From assembly GCA_035263845.1 (NCBI GenBank), contig DATFQY010000198.1, forward strand, positions 356-64,355: a stretch of 64,000 nucleotides of DNA, read 5' to 3'. Made by a program: the position numbers and the translations under genes. The notes beneath the pieces are model-generated. The model had not been told where the DNA came from, did no database searches, and saw nothing but the letters and a program-made list of their open reading frames with translations. The DNA comes from Thermoanaerobaculia bacterium (lineage in GTDB: Bacteria; Acidobacteriota; Thermoanaerobaculia; UBA5066; Gp7-AA6). Shown here piece after piece: positions 25,078-33,831 of this stretch (within the stretch, counting starts at the first letter, position 1; each line of letters begins with the position of its first letter).

Positions 25078-25251
25078 GGGAGGGCCCCTCCTTCCTTGTC
25101 ATCCTGAGCGAGGCCGAAGGCCAGCGAAGGATCTACTCGACTGAGCCGCGTGAAAACTCTCTCGCGGCTGCTCCACCAAGCTCCTTCCCTCGGCTTCGCT
25201 CGGGACTCGCTTCGCTTCCCTCAGCATGACAGAGGGGGCTGGCGCCCTCCC
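25078..25251. repeat. composite inverted pair of the intergenic repeat family (MITE/REP-like, ~175 bp)
   Basis: The left arm is GGGAGGGCCCCTCC..TTGTCATCCTGAGCGAGGCCGAAGGCCAGCGAAGGATCTAC. The right arm, reverse-complemented, is GGGAGGGCGCCAGCCCCCTCTGTCATGCTGAGGGAAGCGAAGCGAG. A central GCCGCG...CGCGGC hairpin lies between them. Confidence 0.6.
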
Positions 25252-25264
25252 TTTGTCACCTTTG

Positions 25265-26593
25265 TCACATCGCGTGCTCCATGTCGTGGGGTTTCCCCCA
25301 GCGCAGGCGGAGGAACACGTGGGTGGAGAGAGGGCGGTTCCCGTACGTCGAATCCAGTTCCGAAGGGTACTTGTAGCCGGTGAAGTCGAGCCCGGCTCCG
25401 AACCGAAGCCATGGAAGCAGCTCGAAGTCGCGGAAGTATCCGAAGGTGAGCGCCTTGATCTTCACGATCGTCGTGGCGACGGGCTGGCCGGGGAGCGCCC
25501 CCTCCTTCGTCAGTAGAAGCTGCAGGTTGCGGTCCACGTACTCCGCGCGAGCGTAGACCTGGTCCACGGGCGACGCCTGGAAGGCCCCCTCGAGCAGCCA
25601 GTAATCCGTGTAACCCTTCGGCGCGTTGGGATGCCGGACGGCCAGCGGAACGATCCGGAAAATGCCAAATGTGGACGGCTGTCCCTTGCCGCCGTCGTAG
25701 TCCCGGCCCCAGATCAGCGAGAACGCGACCGGACGGTCTCCGGCGGCGCCGTAGTGGAGCGACGCGGTCGCCCGGTGCTTGGTCCCCGGGAAGATCACCT
25801 CCGGGTCTTTCCGGGAGGCGTACGAAGCCTGCGCCGACCAACCCTCCGGCAGCTCCAGCCGGATTCTTCCCGAGGCCGAGTCGAGGGCGCCGTGCTCGAA
25901 GTCCCAGCGGTTCTCGTTGGGCTCCGCGCCATGAAACGCGGATCCCTCGAGGATGAGCCAGCGCCAGCCGAATCCCGCGGTGATCACGCCGAACGTGACG
26001 TGCGTGGAATCCTGGCCGTGATGCGACAGGGGAGCGGTCGGGTTCTCGCCGGCGGACGCGCGGTGCATGAAGGCGGTCGGGCCCAGGGCCGGCTCGCCGA
26101 CCGGAGCGAGCTGCAGCCAGAACGCGCCGTCCGTTCCGACGGACCGGCGGTAGGTCGCCGACAGGTTCATCCAGAAGTCGTGAGGATGCTGGTAGTCGAT
26201 CAGCGGCTGCCCCTCGAAGGTCTCGCCCTCCTGGAAGATCTCCGGGCTTCCGCGCTTCTCCATCGTGGCGGGCTCGATCGAGTTCATCAGCATCAGCGTC
26301 AGGCGCCCGCCGCCGAGGTCGTGCGAGGCGTGGAGCATGTTCCAGTTGGAGGACTCGAACGCCTCGTCGCCGGAAGGGCCGCCCTGCTTGTTGTAGACAC
26401 CGCGGAAGATGCCCAGGTCCATGACATGCCAGCCGGGCATCGCCATCCCGCCCATCGGGTCGTGCAGCGTCATGCCGGTCATGATCCACATGTCCGACTG
26501 GAAGAGGTTGCGGGAATCCGAGCCCTGTCCCGCCGCGGCCGGCGGGAGGCACAGCAGTCCGAGAACGGCGACAACCGCGATCTGGAAACGCAT
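25265..26593 (-). CDS. secreted Met/His-rich protein, probable beta-barrel/envelope protein of unknown family
   Basis: ATG 26593 gives the signal peptide MRFQIAVVAVLGLLCLPPAAAG. The N-terminus reads DMWIMTGMTLHDPMGGMAMPGWHVMD. 442 aa. The listed ORF start 27004 lies inside the divergent gene. Confidence 0.65.
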   Translation of the reverse strand: MRFQIAVVAVLGLLCLPPAAAGQGSDSRNLFQSDMWIMTGMTLHDPMGGMAMPGWHVMDLGIFRGVYNKQGGPSGDEAFESSNWNMLHASHDLGGGRLTLMLMNSIEPATMEKRGSPEIFQEGETFEGQPLIDYQHPHDFWMNLSATYRRSVGTDGAFWLQLAPVGEPALGPTAFMHRASAGENPTAPLSHHGQDSTHVTFGVITAGFGWRWLILEGSAFHGAEPNENRWDFEHGALDSASGRIRLELPEGWSAQASYASRKDPEVIFPGTKHRATASLHYGAAGDRPVAFSLIWGRDYDGGKGQPSTFGIFRIVPLAVRHPNAPKGYTDYWLLEGAFQASPVDQVYARAEYVDRNLQLLLTKEGALPGQPVATTIVKIKALTFGYFRDFELLPWLRFGAGLDFTGYKYPSELDSTYGNRPLSTHVFLRLRWGKPHDMEHAM

Positions 26594-26651
26594 TGGATCG
26601 GTGCCGTTATTATCCACGAACGCGGCGCTGCAAGATGCGAACGGCACGGAC

Positions 26652-27284
26652 ATGACGGAAGTTGAAGGCGCGAGATTGCCTCCGGGACAAGTCCGGACGG
26701 CGAAATGGCCGGTGCTGACGTACGGCGCGACGCCGCGTCCGGATCTGTCGAAGTGGACGTTTCGCTGCACGGGGCTCGTCGAGAAGGAAGTCGCCTGGAC
26801 CTGGGAGGAGTTTCGGAGGCTGCCTCGCGTCGAGATCGTCAGCGACATCCACTGCGTTACCCGCTGGAGCCGTTTCGACAACCGGTGGGAGGGCGTCTCG
26901 GTGCGCGAGATCCTCTCCCGCGCGAAGGTCAAGGCCTCCGTCGTCGCGGTCCTCGTCCACACGGAGGAGGGGTACACGACCAACCTCGCGCTCGAGGACA
27001 TCACAGCGCCCGACGCGCTGCTGGCGTTGAAGCACGACGGACAGGATCTCGAGCCGGATCACGGCGGCCCGTGCCGGCTTGTGGTGCCACAGCTCTACTT
27101 CTGGAAGAGCGCGAAGTGGGTTCGCGAGTTCGAGTTCCTCAACGTGAATCCCCCGGGCTTCTGGGAGGTCAACGGGTACCACATGCGCGCGGATCCCTGG
27201 AAGGAAGAGCGCTTCTCGGCGGACGAAACGGACGCGATGCAGCGGCTGCGATCCGAGGCGGCGAAGAAGCTGCGGAAAAGATGA
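26652..27284 (+). CDS. sulfite-oxidase-like molybdopterin-binding oxidoreductase (small YuiH-type)
   Basis: 210 aa from ATG 26652. WTFRCTGLVEKEVAWTWEEF, HCVTRWS, GGPCRLVVPQLYFWKSAKWV and GYH fit the Oxidored_molyb fold. Confidence 0.8.
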   Translation: MTEVEGARLPPGQVRTAKWPVLTYGATPRPDLSKWTFRCTGLVEKEVAWTWEEFRRLPRVEIVSDIHCVTRWSRFDNRWEGVSVREILSRAKVKASVVAVLVHTEEGYTTNLALEDITAPDALLALKHDGQDLEPDHGGPCRLVVPQLYFWKSAKWVREFEFLNVNPPGFWEVNGYHMRADPWKEERFSADETDAMQRLRSEAAKKLRKR

Positions 27285-27303
27285 CGACGGCTTCGGTTAG
27301 CGC

Positions 27304-27332
27304 TTGACTTACGCCAATATTACGCCTAGACT
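27304..27332 (+). promoter_or_regulatory. sigma70-like element TTGACT-N17-TAGACT with internal direct repeat TTACGCC-N4-TTACGCC
   Basis: The sequence reads TTGACTTACGCCAATATTACGCCTAGACT, 114 nt upstream of lexA. Function not established. Confidence 0.3.
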
Positions 27333-27445
27333 CCAGCAATGGCCGATGGGCTGCTTCCCGCGGGCCCGGGAGGCAGCCGCGGTGGTCCCTCGGCCTAATT
27401 GATTATCGAAAGTATCCATATCTTCCTTATTTTGTTAGGGAGAAT

Positions 27446-28048
27446 ATGAATCTCACGAGACGTCAGAAGGACATTCTCGATTTTATTCGCACTTACAGGG
27501 CCAACCACGGGATCTCGCCGACCCAGAGAGAGATCCGCGAGAACTTCGGCCTCTCCTCTTTCGGCACGATTCAGAAGCACCTGAAGCGTCTCGAGGAAAA
27601 AGGCGCCCTCTCCCGGGAGTGGAACCGCAGCCGCGGCATCGCGCCCTCCGTCGAGCGCGCATCCTCGCGGGAAGTGGCCCTGTTGGGGTACGTCGCGGCC
27701 GGCCGTCCGATCGAGCCGTTTCCCGACGAGGAGCGCATCGAGGTCCCGGCCTCGCTGCTGGGGAAAGGGGAGCACTTCGTCCTGCGCGTCCGGGGAGACT
27801 CGATGATCGACGACGGCATCCGGGACGGGGACTACGTCGTCGTCGCCCGGCGCTCGACGGCCCAGAACGGGCAGACCGTCGTGGCCCTGGTGCGCGGCGA
27901 GGCGACCCTGAAACGCTATTACTCGGAAGGCTCCCGGGTCCGCCTCCAGCCGGCCAACGCTTCCATGAAACCCCTCTCGGTGGACACCCGCGACGTCACC
28001 GTCCAGGGAGTGGTCACCGGCCTCATCCGGAACTACGCCACCGCGTAA
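27446..28048 (+). CDS. lexA: LexA repressor
   Basis: N-terminal winged HTH (RQKDILDFI...ISPTQREI). The S24 peptidase part has VRGDSMID and the Ser/Lys dyad context (ATLKRY). 200 aa. An AT-rich tract lies immediately upstream. Confidence 0.93.
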   Translation: MNLTRRQKDILDFIRTYRANHGISPTQREIRENFGLSSFGTIQKHLKRLEEKGALSREWNRSRGIAPSVERASSREVALLGYVAAGRPIEPFPDEERIEVPASLLGKGEHFVLRVRGDSMIDDGIRDGDYVVVARRSTAQNGQTVVALVRGEATLKRYYSEGSRVRLQPANASMKPLSVDTRDVTVQGVVTGLIRNYATA

Positions 28049-28078
28049 CTCTCAGCAATTCGGTCGATTCGGGGTTCA

Positions 28079-28154
28079 TGGAGGCGACGGGGGGATTCGA
28101 ACCCCCGCATAAAGGTTTTGCAGACCTCTCCCTTAACCACTTGGGTACGTCGCC
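28079..28154 (-). tRNA. tRNA-Cys (anticodon GCA), CCA encoded
   Basis: The minus strand reads GGCGACGTACCCAAGTGGTTAAGGGAGAGGTCTGCAAAACCTTTATGCGGGGGTTCGAATCCCCCCGTCGCCTCCA. Anticodon loop CTGCAAA. Confidence 0.9.
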
Positions 28155-28406
28155 ATGCCTGAGCGGCGCATTTTATCAGTGGACGAAGGTCCACTAGAGA
28201 CAAGCCCCCGGCGTTGGCGGCGTGGAGGTGCACGAGGGTCCCGGCAGCCACCTGAAATGCTCCAATCGCCACATGCAGAAGCGCGCAACCGCCCGGCGCG
28301 AGTGCATCCGCGCCTCTCTTGCCCTGCCCGACGAGGAGTGATTTCTCGCCCCGAGTTCCCCTCGTCCGCTTCGATCGGGCCAAAATCGAATAGGATGATT
28401 CCGCCG

Positions 28407-28495
28407 GCCGGAGTGGCGGAATTGGTAGACGCACGGGACTTAAAATCCCGAGGGCCGAAAGGCCCGTGCCGGTTCGATTCCGGCCTCCGGCACCA
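28407..28495 (+). tRNA. tRNA-Leu (anticodon UAA), long variable arm, CCA encoded
   Basis: GCCGGAGTGGCGGAATTGGTAGACGCACGGGACTTAAAATCCCGAGGGCCGAAAGGCCCGTGCCGGTTCGATTCCGGCCTCCGGCACCA, 89 nt. Confidence 0.93.
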
Positions 28496-28536
28496 GAGCG
28501 GAATCACACGGAAAACCGAGGATTGAAGGCCGTTTC

Positions 28537-29253
28537 ATGAGCCACGTCGCGCCCGACACGATCTCGGAATTCGAGCGGATCGTCGGGTACAAGTTCCAGG
28601 ACCGGGACCTGCTCGCCCGGTCGCTGACGCACAAGTCCTTCGCCAACGAGCGGCGCGAGACCTCTTCCTCGCACAACGAGAGGCTGGAGTTCCTCGGGGA
28701 CACGGTCCTGGGCTTCGTCATCGGGGAGCTGATCTACCGCTCCTTCCCGAACCTCCAGGAGGGATCGCTCTCGAAGATCAAGGCGCACCTGGTTTCCTCC
28801 TCGACGCTGGCGGCGAAGGGGCGGGAGCTCGGGATCGGGCGCTTCCTGCGGATGGGGGCGGGGGAGGCGCGCTCCGGAGGCGCCGAGAAGCTGTCGCTCC
28901 TGGCCGACGGATTCGAGGCGATCGTCGCGGCGATCTACCTCGACGGAGGACTCGCGGCGGCCGAGGCGTTCCTCAAGCGGACCTTCCTTCCCGACGTCAC
29001 CGGGATCGACATCGGGGACCTCTCCTTCCAGGATTACAAGACCGTGCTGCAGGAGTCGGCGCAGGCGCTGGGGCTGCCGCTGCCGGAGTACCGGATCGTG
29101 GACGAGTACGGGCCCGACCACGAGAAGGTCTTCGTCATCCAGGTCTTCTGGAACGGAGAAGCCTTCGCCTACGGCCGGGGCGCCTCCAAGCGCGAAGCCC
29201 AGCGCAAGGCCGCCAAGGAAGCCCTGAAGAAACTCGGCCGCCTCCCGGCCTAG
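28537..29253 (+). CDS. rnc: ribonuclease III
   Basis: ERLEFLGDTVLG signature plus a C-terminal dsRBD (KTVLQE...GRGASKREAQRKAAKEAL). 238 aa. Confidence 0.95.
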   Translation: MSHVAPDTISEFERIVGYKFQDRDLLARSLTHKSFANERRETSSSHNERLEFLGDTVLGFVIGELIYRSFPNLQEGSLSKIKAHLVSSSTLAAKGRELGIGRFLRMGAGEARSGGAEKLSLLADGFEAIVAAIYLDGGLAAAEAFLKRTFLPDVTGIDIGDLSFQDYKTVLQESAQALGLPLPEYRIVDEYGPDHEKVFVIQVFWNGEAFAYGRGASKREAQRKAAKEALKKLGRLPA

Positions 29254-30977
29254 GGAGCTTTTTCGAGGCGCTTCAGGAAAGCGTCGGGGTCCTCGAAACC
29301 GACGAGACGAGCCTCGAGCGTTTCCTTGCCGGAGGCGTCGAGAAAGACGAGCGTCGGGACGCCGAGGATGGAGAACTTCCGGGAGAGGGCGACGACCTCG
29401 GGCGAGGCGGACTTCGTCATGTCGGCCTTGAAGATGGCGCGCTTGGTGAGCTCGCGGCGGACCCGGGGATCGGAGAAGGTCTTCTCGTCGAGCTCGCGGC
29501 AGGGGAGGCACCAGGAAGCCGAGAAGTCAATGATGGCGGGGCGCCCGGCGGACGCGACGTCGGATTCGACGTAGGGGCGCCACTCGGGAGCGGCGCTGGC
29601 CCCTCGAGGCACGAAGAAGAGCGCCGCGGCGAGGAAAGCGGCGGCGGCGGCGTAGCGGGCGGCCGGCCGCAGGCGCGCGCCCCGCAGGACGAGGGCCAGG
29701 CCGCCGATCACGAGGATCGCCGGAAGAAGCCAGTCGCCGAAGGGGCGGGGAAGGGCCGTCCTCAGGAAATAGGCCGCCATCGCCAGCAGCACCCAGCCGA
29801 AAACCGACTTGACCCCTTCCATCCACTCGCCGGCCCGCGGCAGGCGCCGGATACTTCCGGAGAAAGCCGCGAGGAAGAGGTACGGAAGGCCCAGGCCGAG
29901 GGAGAGGACGAAGAAGAAAAGGAACCCGAGCGCGGCGTTCTGGCGGGCCGCGACGAAAGCGAGGAGGCCGAGGACGAACGGACCGACGCAGGGAGCGGCG
30001 ACGACTCCGACGAGGAGGCCCATGGCGTAGGCGCCGGCTCGGCCCGTGCGCGCGCCCGTCTTCTGCATCAGGGCGGTGGGCATGCGGATGTCGTAGAGGC
30101 CGAACATCGAGAGGGCCAGGGCCACGAGGACCACGGCCACGAAGCCGAGGACCCAGGGCGACTGCAGCGCGGCGCCGAAAAGCTTCCCGGAGAGGCCGGC
30201 GGCGACCCCGAGCGCCGAGTAGGTCGTCGCCATCCCGAGAACGTAGAGCGCCGCGAGGCCGAAGACCTTGGCCGATTCCCCCTTGGCCTGGCCCCCGAAG
30301 AAGGACACCGTCAGCGGGATGACCGGGTAGACGCAGGGCGTGAGGTTGAGAGCGAGGCCGCCGGCGAAAAGGAGCAGGAGAACCACGAAGTAGCCGCGCC
30401 GCTCGAGGAGCTGCCCGAAATCCTGGGATGCGCCGGCCGCGGAAGTCGAGGCTTCGCTCGCGGCGGCCGCGGGAGCCTGCGCGAGGGACACCGCCCCGCC
30501 GGCGAGCTTTTCGCCGCCGCCGCCCGCCGCAGCCGAGGCCTGAAAGCGCACCGAGGCGGGCGCGAGGCACTGCGTGTCGCTGCAAGCCTGGAACTCGATG
30601 GCGCCGGTCACCTTCTCGGCGGAGCCCTGGAGCGGGACCGTGATCGAGAAGGCGCCCTCATACACGGAGAGCGGCTTCTCGGCGAAGGCGAACTTCTTCA
30701 ACATCCCTTCGGGATACTTCGGCTCTCCCGCCGCGACGCCGCCGGCGGGATCCACGGTCACCGAAGTCGCGATCAGGTAATCCTCGGAAGGATGGTGGCT
30801 GTTGACATGCCAGCCCGCCTCGAGCTTCGCGTCCAGGACGAGCGTCTTGCCCGTGGCGCCCGACTCGACGCGCGCATCGATCTTGAGCAGGCTCGCGGGC
30901 GCCGGGGCCGGGGCCGCGAACCCGGCCGCCGCCAGCAGGAAGAGGACCGCGGCGCAGGCCGCCCTCGGGCGCGTCAT
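29250..30977 (-). CDS. dsbD: thiol:disulfide interchange protein DsbD-like
   Basis: N-terminal DsbD-alpha-like domain, a multi-TM core with NLTPCVYPVIP and APCVGPF, and a C-terminal thioredoxin WCLPC. Confidence 0.88.
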   Translation of the reverse strand: MTRPRAACAAVLFLLAAAGFAAPAPAPASLLKIDARVESGATGKTLVLDAKLEAGWHVNSHHPSEDYLIATSVTVDPAGGVAAGEPKYPEGMLKKFAFAEKPLSVYEGAFSITVPLQGSAEKVTGAIEFQACSDTQCLAPASVRFQASAAAGGGGEKLAGGAVSLAQAPAAAASEASTSAAGASQDFGQLLERRGYFVVLLLLFAGGLALNLTPCVYPVIPLTVSFFGGQAKGESAKVFGLAALYVLGMATTYSALGVAAGLSGKLFGAALQSPWVLGFVAVVLVALALSMFGLYDIRMPTALMQKTGARTGRAGAYAMGLLVGVVAAPCVGPFVLGLLAFVAARQNAALGFLFFFVLSLGLGLPYLFLAAFSGSIRRLPRAGEWMEGVKSVFGWVLLAMAAYFLRTALPRPFGDWLLPAILVIGGLALVLRGARLRPAARYAAAAAFLAAALFFVPRGASAAPEWRPYVESDVASAGRPAIIDFSASWCLPCRELDEKTFSDPRVRRELTKRAIFKADMTKSASPEVVALSRKFSILGVPTLVFLDASGKETLEARLVGFEDPDAFLKRLEKAP

Positions 30978-31861
30978 GGCTTCGGGATCCCCGGCCCGAG
31001 CCGCTCGCGGATGGCCCGCACCTGCGCGACGTATTTCGAGTCGGGGTGGTCCTTCTCGAACTTCTGGAACAACGCGTAAGCCTCCTCGGGCTTGTTCTCA
31101 GCCAGGGGAATCTGAGCGCGGAAGATCTCGGCCCGCTCGCGCCGGTCGGAATCCTTCGTCGTCTCGATCAGCCGGTTGATCGTCTGGCGTGAGCTCTTGA
31201 CGTCGCCGCTGTCGAGCTCGGCCGCCGCCAGGATCTCACGCGCCTCGTCCCGCTCGGAAGGCTTCCCGCCGGGCGCGGCAATGGCGCGCCGCAGCCTTGG
31301 AATGGCCGAGCCCGGGTCGCCGCGCTGGTAGAGCTCTCGGCCGGTGTCAAGCGCTTCGGCCGCCGGCAGCTTCGCCACGTCCTGCGTTTCTACTTTCCGG
31401 GCGAGCGCGTTGTAGGTGTCCATCTCCTTGCGGATGTGCGAGTAGAAGTCCTGCGGGTTCGAGAAGCCGTCGGAGACCACGACGAGCCGGCCCTCCGGCG
31501 ACTTGACGATGACCGCCGGCGCCTGGCGGATGCCGTGCTTGCGAGCCAGCGCCTCCCCCTCCTCCGAGTCGAGAGAGACCTTCACGGGGACCATCGGGAC
31601 GAGGAGGGCTTCGAAGTCGAAGGCCCGGTAGAGCGAGTTGTCCATGCGGATGCATTCGCGGCAGTCCCGCGATCCGAACTCGACGAAGAGGAACTTCTTC
31701 TGGGCCGCCGCGCGCTGGCGCGCCTCTTCCAGGTTCGGCGCCCAGTCCGCGTTTCCGGGACTGTGAACGGGGTCCTGGCCGAAGGCGGGGACGGAGCAGG
31801 CCATCCCGAGAAGGAGGGCGAAGACCGCTCCGCGCACAGATCGACCTGTTAACGCCGGCAT
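30974..31861 (-). CDS. periplasmic thioredoxin-fold (CREC) + TPR-like protein
   Basis: Signal peptide present. FLFVEFGSRDCRECIRMD resembles Thioredoxin_7/DUF255-type proteins. The C-terminal half is helical-repeat. ATGA overlap with dsbD. Confidence 0.7.
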   Translation of the reverse strand: MPALTGRSVRGAVFALLLGMACSVPAFGQDPVHSPGNADWAPNLEEARQRAAAQKKFLFVEFGSRDCRECIRMDNSLYRAFDFEALLVPMVPVKVSLDSEEGEALARKHGIRQAPAVIVKSPEGRLVVVSDGFSNPQDFYSHIRKEMDTYNALARKVETQDVAKLPAAEALDTGRELYQRGDPGSAIPRLRRAIAAPGGKPSERDEAREILAAAELDSGDVKSSRQTINRLIETTKDSDRRERAEIFRAQIPLAENKPEEAYALFQKFEKDHPDSKYVAQVRAIRERLGPGIPKP

Positions 31862-31934
31862 GTGCCCGGGAAACCCCGTTCAGGGCGTCGGAAATTCCCG
31901 CGCCTCCGGGCCCGTATGATCGAAGGAAAAGGAG

Positions 31935-33719
31935 ATGGACTTGCGAATGCGATCCCTGGCTGCTGCGCTGGTCGTGACCCTCCTTGCCGGCATCTTTCCC
32001 GGCACCCCGGCCGCCGGCGCGGGCGGGGCCGCCCAGCCGCCCGCGGCGCTCCTCGCCGACGTCGTCTACGACCCCTTCGTGGAGGCGGAGAAGGCGGAGA
32101 CCGGCGGAACTCTCCTCGTGCATTACGCGATGCCGCTCGTGGACGATTCCGGGGTCTATATGGAGTTCAAGTCCGGCTCCTTCATCGCGTGCCAGCCTCC
32201 AGGCTCCGGACTTCCCGCCCCCTGCGGCCCCGACGCCCGTTCGCTCCAGACCTGGAGCGTGAAGAAGCTCGTCTGGCGCGGAACGGCCCTGGCCGAGGCG
32301 TGGACCTTCGCCAGCGACTGGAAGCCGGAGCCGGCGGGAGGAGCCATCGGCGATTGGGAACCGGTCTTCCATCCCGCGATCGCCGGCGACTACGTTTACG
32401 TCCCCGGCGCGGGCGGGACGGTCTTCAAGGTCGCCAGGAGCGACGGCCGGCTGGCCGCGCGGATCAATCCTTTCGGGACGAGCGTGGACTCCGCGACGTT
32501 CGTGGCCGGGGGCCTCGCGGCGGACGCCGCGGGCAGCGTCTACTACAGCGCCCTGCGCCTGGATCTCTCTTCGCCGTGGACCTCCAACGCGCTCGGGGCC
32601 TGGCTCGTCCGTATCGCTCCGGACGGCTCGTCGGCCCATGCCCCTTTCTCGGCGCTCGTCGCCGGCGCGCCGGCCGCTTCCGCGCCGTGCCAGTTGAGCT
32701 TCACCAACAACTTGCCGTGGCCGCCCTCGACCACTGCCGCGCCGCCCAACGGGAGCTGCGGCTCGCAGCGTCCCGGCATCAACGTGATCCCCGCGATCGG
32801 TCCCGACGGAACCGTGTACACGGTCAGCCGCGCGCACTTCAACGGCCGCTTCGGCTACCTCGTCGCCGTCCACCCGGACCTGACTCCTTCCTGGAGCGCG
32901 AGCCTGCGGGGATTCCTCGACGACGGCTGCGGGGTCCTGCTGCCGCCTGACGGAGCGCCCGGGGGGTGTCGAATCGGCTCGAAGCATGGGGTGGATCCCG
33001 CGACCAACGACGTTCCCGCGGGACGGGTCTCGGATCTCGCGTCCTCTTCGCCGGTCGTCCTTCCCGACGGCTCGATTCTCTATGGCGCCTTCACCGGCTA
33101 CAACTACTCGCGGGGACACCTCTTCAAGTTCTCTTCCGACGGCCGAATCCTCGCCGCGTACGAGTTCGGCTGGGACATCACGCCGGCGGTCTACGCGCAC
33201 GACGGGACCTACTCGATCCTCGTCAAGGACAACCACTACGAGCTCGGGTCCTACTGCACCGATCCGCAGTTCTGCCCGCCGGAGACGGGCCGTTACGACG
33301 TGACCTCGCTCGACCCGAACCTGTCGGTCGAGTGGAAGTTCACCGGTACCAACACGCTCTCCTGCCGCCGCAACCCCGACGGCACCCTCGCCTGCGTCTC
33401 CGACCACCCTGACGGCTTCGAGTGGTGCGTCAACCAGCCGGCCGTGGACTCGCAGGGAGTGACGTACGCGACGAGCGAGGACGGTTACCTGTACGCGATC
33501 GGGAAGGGAGGCGTTCTCGCAGGGAAGATCTTCCTCGACGTGGCGCTCGGGGCGGCCTACACGCCTCTCACGATCTCTCCCGACGGCCTCGTGTACGCGC
33601 AGAACAACGGCCACCTCTTCGTCGCCGGTACGCCGTTTCGCGCCAGGCCCGCGCCGCCCGGCAACGAGGGGAATCCGAGGATCGTCGCGCCGCGCGGAAG
33701 GGTTGCGGGAGAGCGGTGA
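31935..33719 (+). CDS. secreted Cys-rich beta-propeller-like (PQQ/BamB-like repeat) protein, unknown function
   Basis: 594 aa with a signal peptide and recurring DG(S/T)(V/I/L)Y repeats. The start could also be TTG 31941 or ATG 31947. Confidence 0.6.
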   Translation: MDLRMRSLAAALVVTLLAGIFPGTPAAGAGGAAQPPAALLADVVYDPFVEAEKAETGGTLLVHYAMPLVDDSGVYMEFKSGSFIACQPPGSGLPAPCGPDARSLQTWSVKKLVWRGTALAEAWTFASDWKPEPAGGAIGDWEPVFHPAIAGDYVYVPGAGGTVFKVARSDGRLAARINPFGTSVDSATFVAGGLAADAAGSVYYSALRLDLSSPWTSNALGAWLVRIAPDGSSAHAPFSALVAGAPAASAPCQLSFTNNLPWPPSTTAAPPNGSCGSQRPGINVIPAIGPDGTVYTVSRAHFNGRFGYLVAVHPDLTPSWSASLRGFLDDGCGVLLPPDGAPGGCRIGSKHGVDPATNDVPAGRVSDLASSSPVVLPDGSILYGAFTGYNYSRGHLFKFSSDGRILAAYEFGWDITPAVYAHDGTYSILVKDNHYELGSYCTDPQFCPPETGRYDVTSLDPNLSVEWKFTGTNTLSCRRNPDGTLACVSDHPDGFEWCVNQPAVDSQGVTYATSEDGYLYAIGKGGVLAGKIFLDVALGAAYTPLTISPDGLVYAQNNGHLFVAGTPFRARPAPPGNEGNPRIVAPRGRVAGER

Positions 33720-33746
33720 ATTCACTAGAGTTGCGCGTCCGGCGAT

Positions 33747-33822
<76 letters not shown>

Positions 33823-33831
33823 TTTCCCTCG

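Noticed and set aside
28155-28406. 252-bp spacer between divergent tRNA-Cys and tRNA-Leu, examined for a hidden ncRNA (SRP, 6S, tmRNA, RNase P)
   Set aside because: No conserved cores of those RNAs were found (e.g. GGAA-tetraloop SRP domain IV, GAGGAAAGUCC of RNase P). Only short palindromes are present (GTGGAC-GAAG-GTCCAC; GACGAGG...CCTCGTC), which fit promoter or operator sequence for the two tRNAs. The ORFs listed here (28033..28434, 28133..28507, 28155..28526) overlap the tRNAs and are spurious.
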